From NCBI RefSeq assembly GCF_037042905.1, contig NC_087245.1:8124001-8188000 (forward strand): a stretch of 64,000 bases of DNA, read 5' to 3'. Below the pieces are notes generated by a model. It was given only the letters and a program-made list of their open reading frames with translations, was not told where the DNA came from and searched no databases. Within the stretch, counting starts at the first letter, position 1. Each line of letters starts with the position of its first letter. Origin of the DNA: Lytechinus pictus (taxonomy: Eukaryota). This document shows positions 61,848 through 64,000 of the stretch, one piece after another. Position numbers and translations under genes: made by a program.

Positions 61848-63339
61848 TCAAATCAGAAATTCTTCAGGGACAGGAATATCATCTCCATCATCTCCCTCCT
61901 TGAATCCGATGTAATTTCCATCTGGTTCAGGGAAAGCCTCGCGGATCCGTGTGACAGCACAGGCAGGAATCACCCGACGGACGCCCTTTCCCAGGTAGCC
62001 ATGGACCCAGTAGGTAAATAGCCTGTAGGCTGCGTATCTGTAGGAACTGGAAAAAAGGGGAAGAAAATCATTACTGACATTGATAATGAATTTTAACATC
62101 ACATAACGCAAATGTTAGAAAACACGGTATTGACTTTGCAGTTGTGGGTAGATTACCGTAATCCTCCTAATTATTACATGCATCAATAGCAAGGTAGTAT
62201 TAATTTCTGATGACATATTACATGTACATGTCCCCGGGGGGGGGGGGGGGGTAGGGCCACTTCCATTGACGAGTGGATACCATGCGGGGCCTTGGGTATT
62301 TCCATTAAAATGTCTGAAAATGCACCCCTTGCACCTGTTGGAAACAAAACGATACTCTTTCCAGTCTTGGCAAGTTCCCTGAATTGACCCCCTTAACAAG
62401 TACAGCAATATTTCTATTGTTATTTCACGGCTGTCGGCCTTCGGTTTTACCTTCTCCAACATCATTGGGCTTAATACAGCCCCAACTCTCACATCTCGCT
62501 CAAATCGTATTCTAAACACATACTGTAGTGTTGACTCTCGGTGCAAAAGTACATGATTACATCCTTACATTATTTTTACTAAAAAACTAAGTCTTAAGTT
62601 TTTACACCCTTCCAAATTTGACCCTAACACGAAGCTTTTATAGCAAAAAATAGATACCCTTTTTATAATTTTATGTTTTCGACACCCTTACCAAGCTACG
62701 TACATAACGTGCCCTATCTTGAAAAAGACTTCCTTTTCACATATTTTTGGGGTCGTATCTACTAATCAATGTAGGCCTACATGTAACAAGTGCCCCCCCC
62801 CCCCCCTCGGGTTACATGTATAAAAAATTTTTTTTTTAATGGGTGGGTTCACGTCTGAATGTGTCCCACGTCTTGGCTAGTAGAACATGTATTTTATTGG
62901 AAAGTGGCAAGGTCGCAAAGTCAAAGATATTGTCATTTCATTTCACTTACATGTTATCAAGCACTTCAGGCAAGTTCCTTCGATGCCCTCTTGAATCAAG
63001 TCTGGCGACAAGGGCTGTCCGCAAAACCACCCTCTCCATGCATACTTTCTGAAAGTCCTCGTGTCTCACAATGCAAGTTATCCTTGCATCTAGAAACCGA
63101 TCACAGTTGTCCACTTCATGGCAACAGCGACACTGAATCACTGACGGCATGGGCACACAGCTCCCACACTCACACCAGTCGTTGTTGCCCATTCTATTCG
63201 GAGCTGGTACGGGGTCAGGTCCGGGTGGCGGCTGCACCGGTGGAGCAGCTGCTGCGGCGGCCGCTCGGGCTCGTCGACGAACCATCAGTTCTTCCTCGGT
63301 GTACTTTGGCTGGAAATCGTAGCCACGAGGCCCTTCCAT
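61848..63339 (-). CDS. Stand-alone P2X7 cytoplasmic-ballast-like Cys-rich protein (KolX-type accessory protein), 2 exons, 195 aa
   Basis: Exon 63339-62951 (MEGPRGYDFQP...WCECGSCVPM..CRCCHE..ITCI..HEDFQKVC; GTAAGT donor, phase 2) plus exon 62046-61848 (ttccAG acceptor; SYRYAAYRLFTYWVHGYLGKGVRRVIPACAVTRIREAFPEPDGNYIGFKE). Matches the P2X7 C-terminal pattern WCxCGxC..CC..C..RHCAYR..W..LPSCC..IR.EFP..G.Y.GFK. No transmembrane or ectodomain exons found. Confidence 0.88.
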
Positions 63340-64000
63340 GAGCTTCAATTTCAAGATCACGAAATTAAAACAAGAGTCGAAAACCCGCGATGACGAAAGA
63401 TTTACTCGTAAATGATCAAATAAGTAAATATTTTTTAAAAAAATGAAAGTTCCGAGTGCAATCGAGTACGGTATAGCGTTGAAGACTACGAGCGACAAAG
63501 TGATAAAGCCGTTTCGCGTTTTTCTGAGTGGCCAATCTGAGAATAATCATTCTTATTTTTTTGTTTTTTCATTTTTCTCTTTGATATTGTATTAAAAAAA
63601 ATTTAAAAAATATTAAATGTGTTTAATAAATATTTAAATGCACCTGGCAATTTTTTTTTTTTTTTTGGACAAAAAATACATGTATCAATCATCATGATGG
63701 TGTTCATTTATTGTCCAATGAGAAGACGTCTTTACGTAGTCCGGGCCATACGTCACGAATATCGCTGAGAAGTCAAACAATGGCGGCTTCCATGGGTGAG
63801 AAAAATTGATTCAATTAAATGCAATTTTCTCTGCAATTTGGAATCGGGGAGACATGAACGACATGTCATTAGAAAGGTCAAAGATAGGCCTTTCTTATGA
63901 CGTCGTTTTTTCCCTGCCCTGGATTCCCCTTTAAGTAATTGCATACCTTGGGCCGGAGTTATTGAAAAAAATCCTCTGGATGATTGAGAAATCTGTCATC

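Larger units (their letters stand above)
48197..63930 (+). mobile_element. Full-length autonomous Kolobok-superfamily DNA transposon (~15.7 kb)
   Basis: Left end TTAA|AGGGGAATCCA (TSD 48193-48196) and right end TGGATTCCCCT|TTAA (TSD 63931-63934) form a perfect 11-bp TIR. It encloses a THAP-DDE transposase gene and a convergent Cys-rich accessory gene, the architecture known for Kolobok (transposase + KolX). Confidence 0.9.

Noticed and set aside
61848..63498. Calling this a true P2X7 receptor gene, or using the ORF-track start at 63498
   Set aside because: No TM or ectodomain exons lie between it and the TIR 590 bp upstream. The first 53 codons are AT-rich and non-coding-like; ATG 63339 is the plausible start.
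48197..63930. piggyBac assignment based on the TTAA TSD
   Set aside because: Termini are AGG..CCT rather than CCY..RGG, and the transposase motifs (THAP, DGRCDSPG, TDRH, DIWH) are not piggyBac-like.

Overview
AT-rich, repeat-dense, intron-containing animal DNA. The repeat families look echinoid (sea-urchin-like), but this is inference only. Two host genes can be spliced by hand on the minus strand: a 2-exon Golgi carbohydrate sulfotransferase (CHST11-like, 3886-1694) and a 10-exon bystin gene (BYSL, 41430-17464, ~429 aa). The main feature is a complete 15.7-kb Kolobok-type DNA transposon (48197-63930; 11-bp TIR AGGGGAATCCA, TTAA target duplication). It carries two intact, spliced, convergent genes: a ~889-aa THAP + DDE transposase and a 195-aa stand-alone protein resembling the Zn/guanine-nucleotide-binding cytoplasmic 'ballast' of the P2X7 receptor (KolX-type). 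Both ends of the element share a bipartite subterminal inverted motif. The rest is nested non-autonomous elements (Kolobok, hAT, Harbinger, Tc1/mariner and P-like MITEs, Helentron-type satellite carriers, a foldback element), tRNA-derived SINEs and a Penelope-like remnant with a hammerhead-like motif. All exon models and family assignments were made by eye, without database searches.
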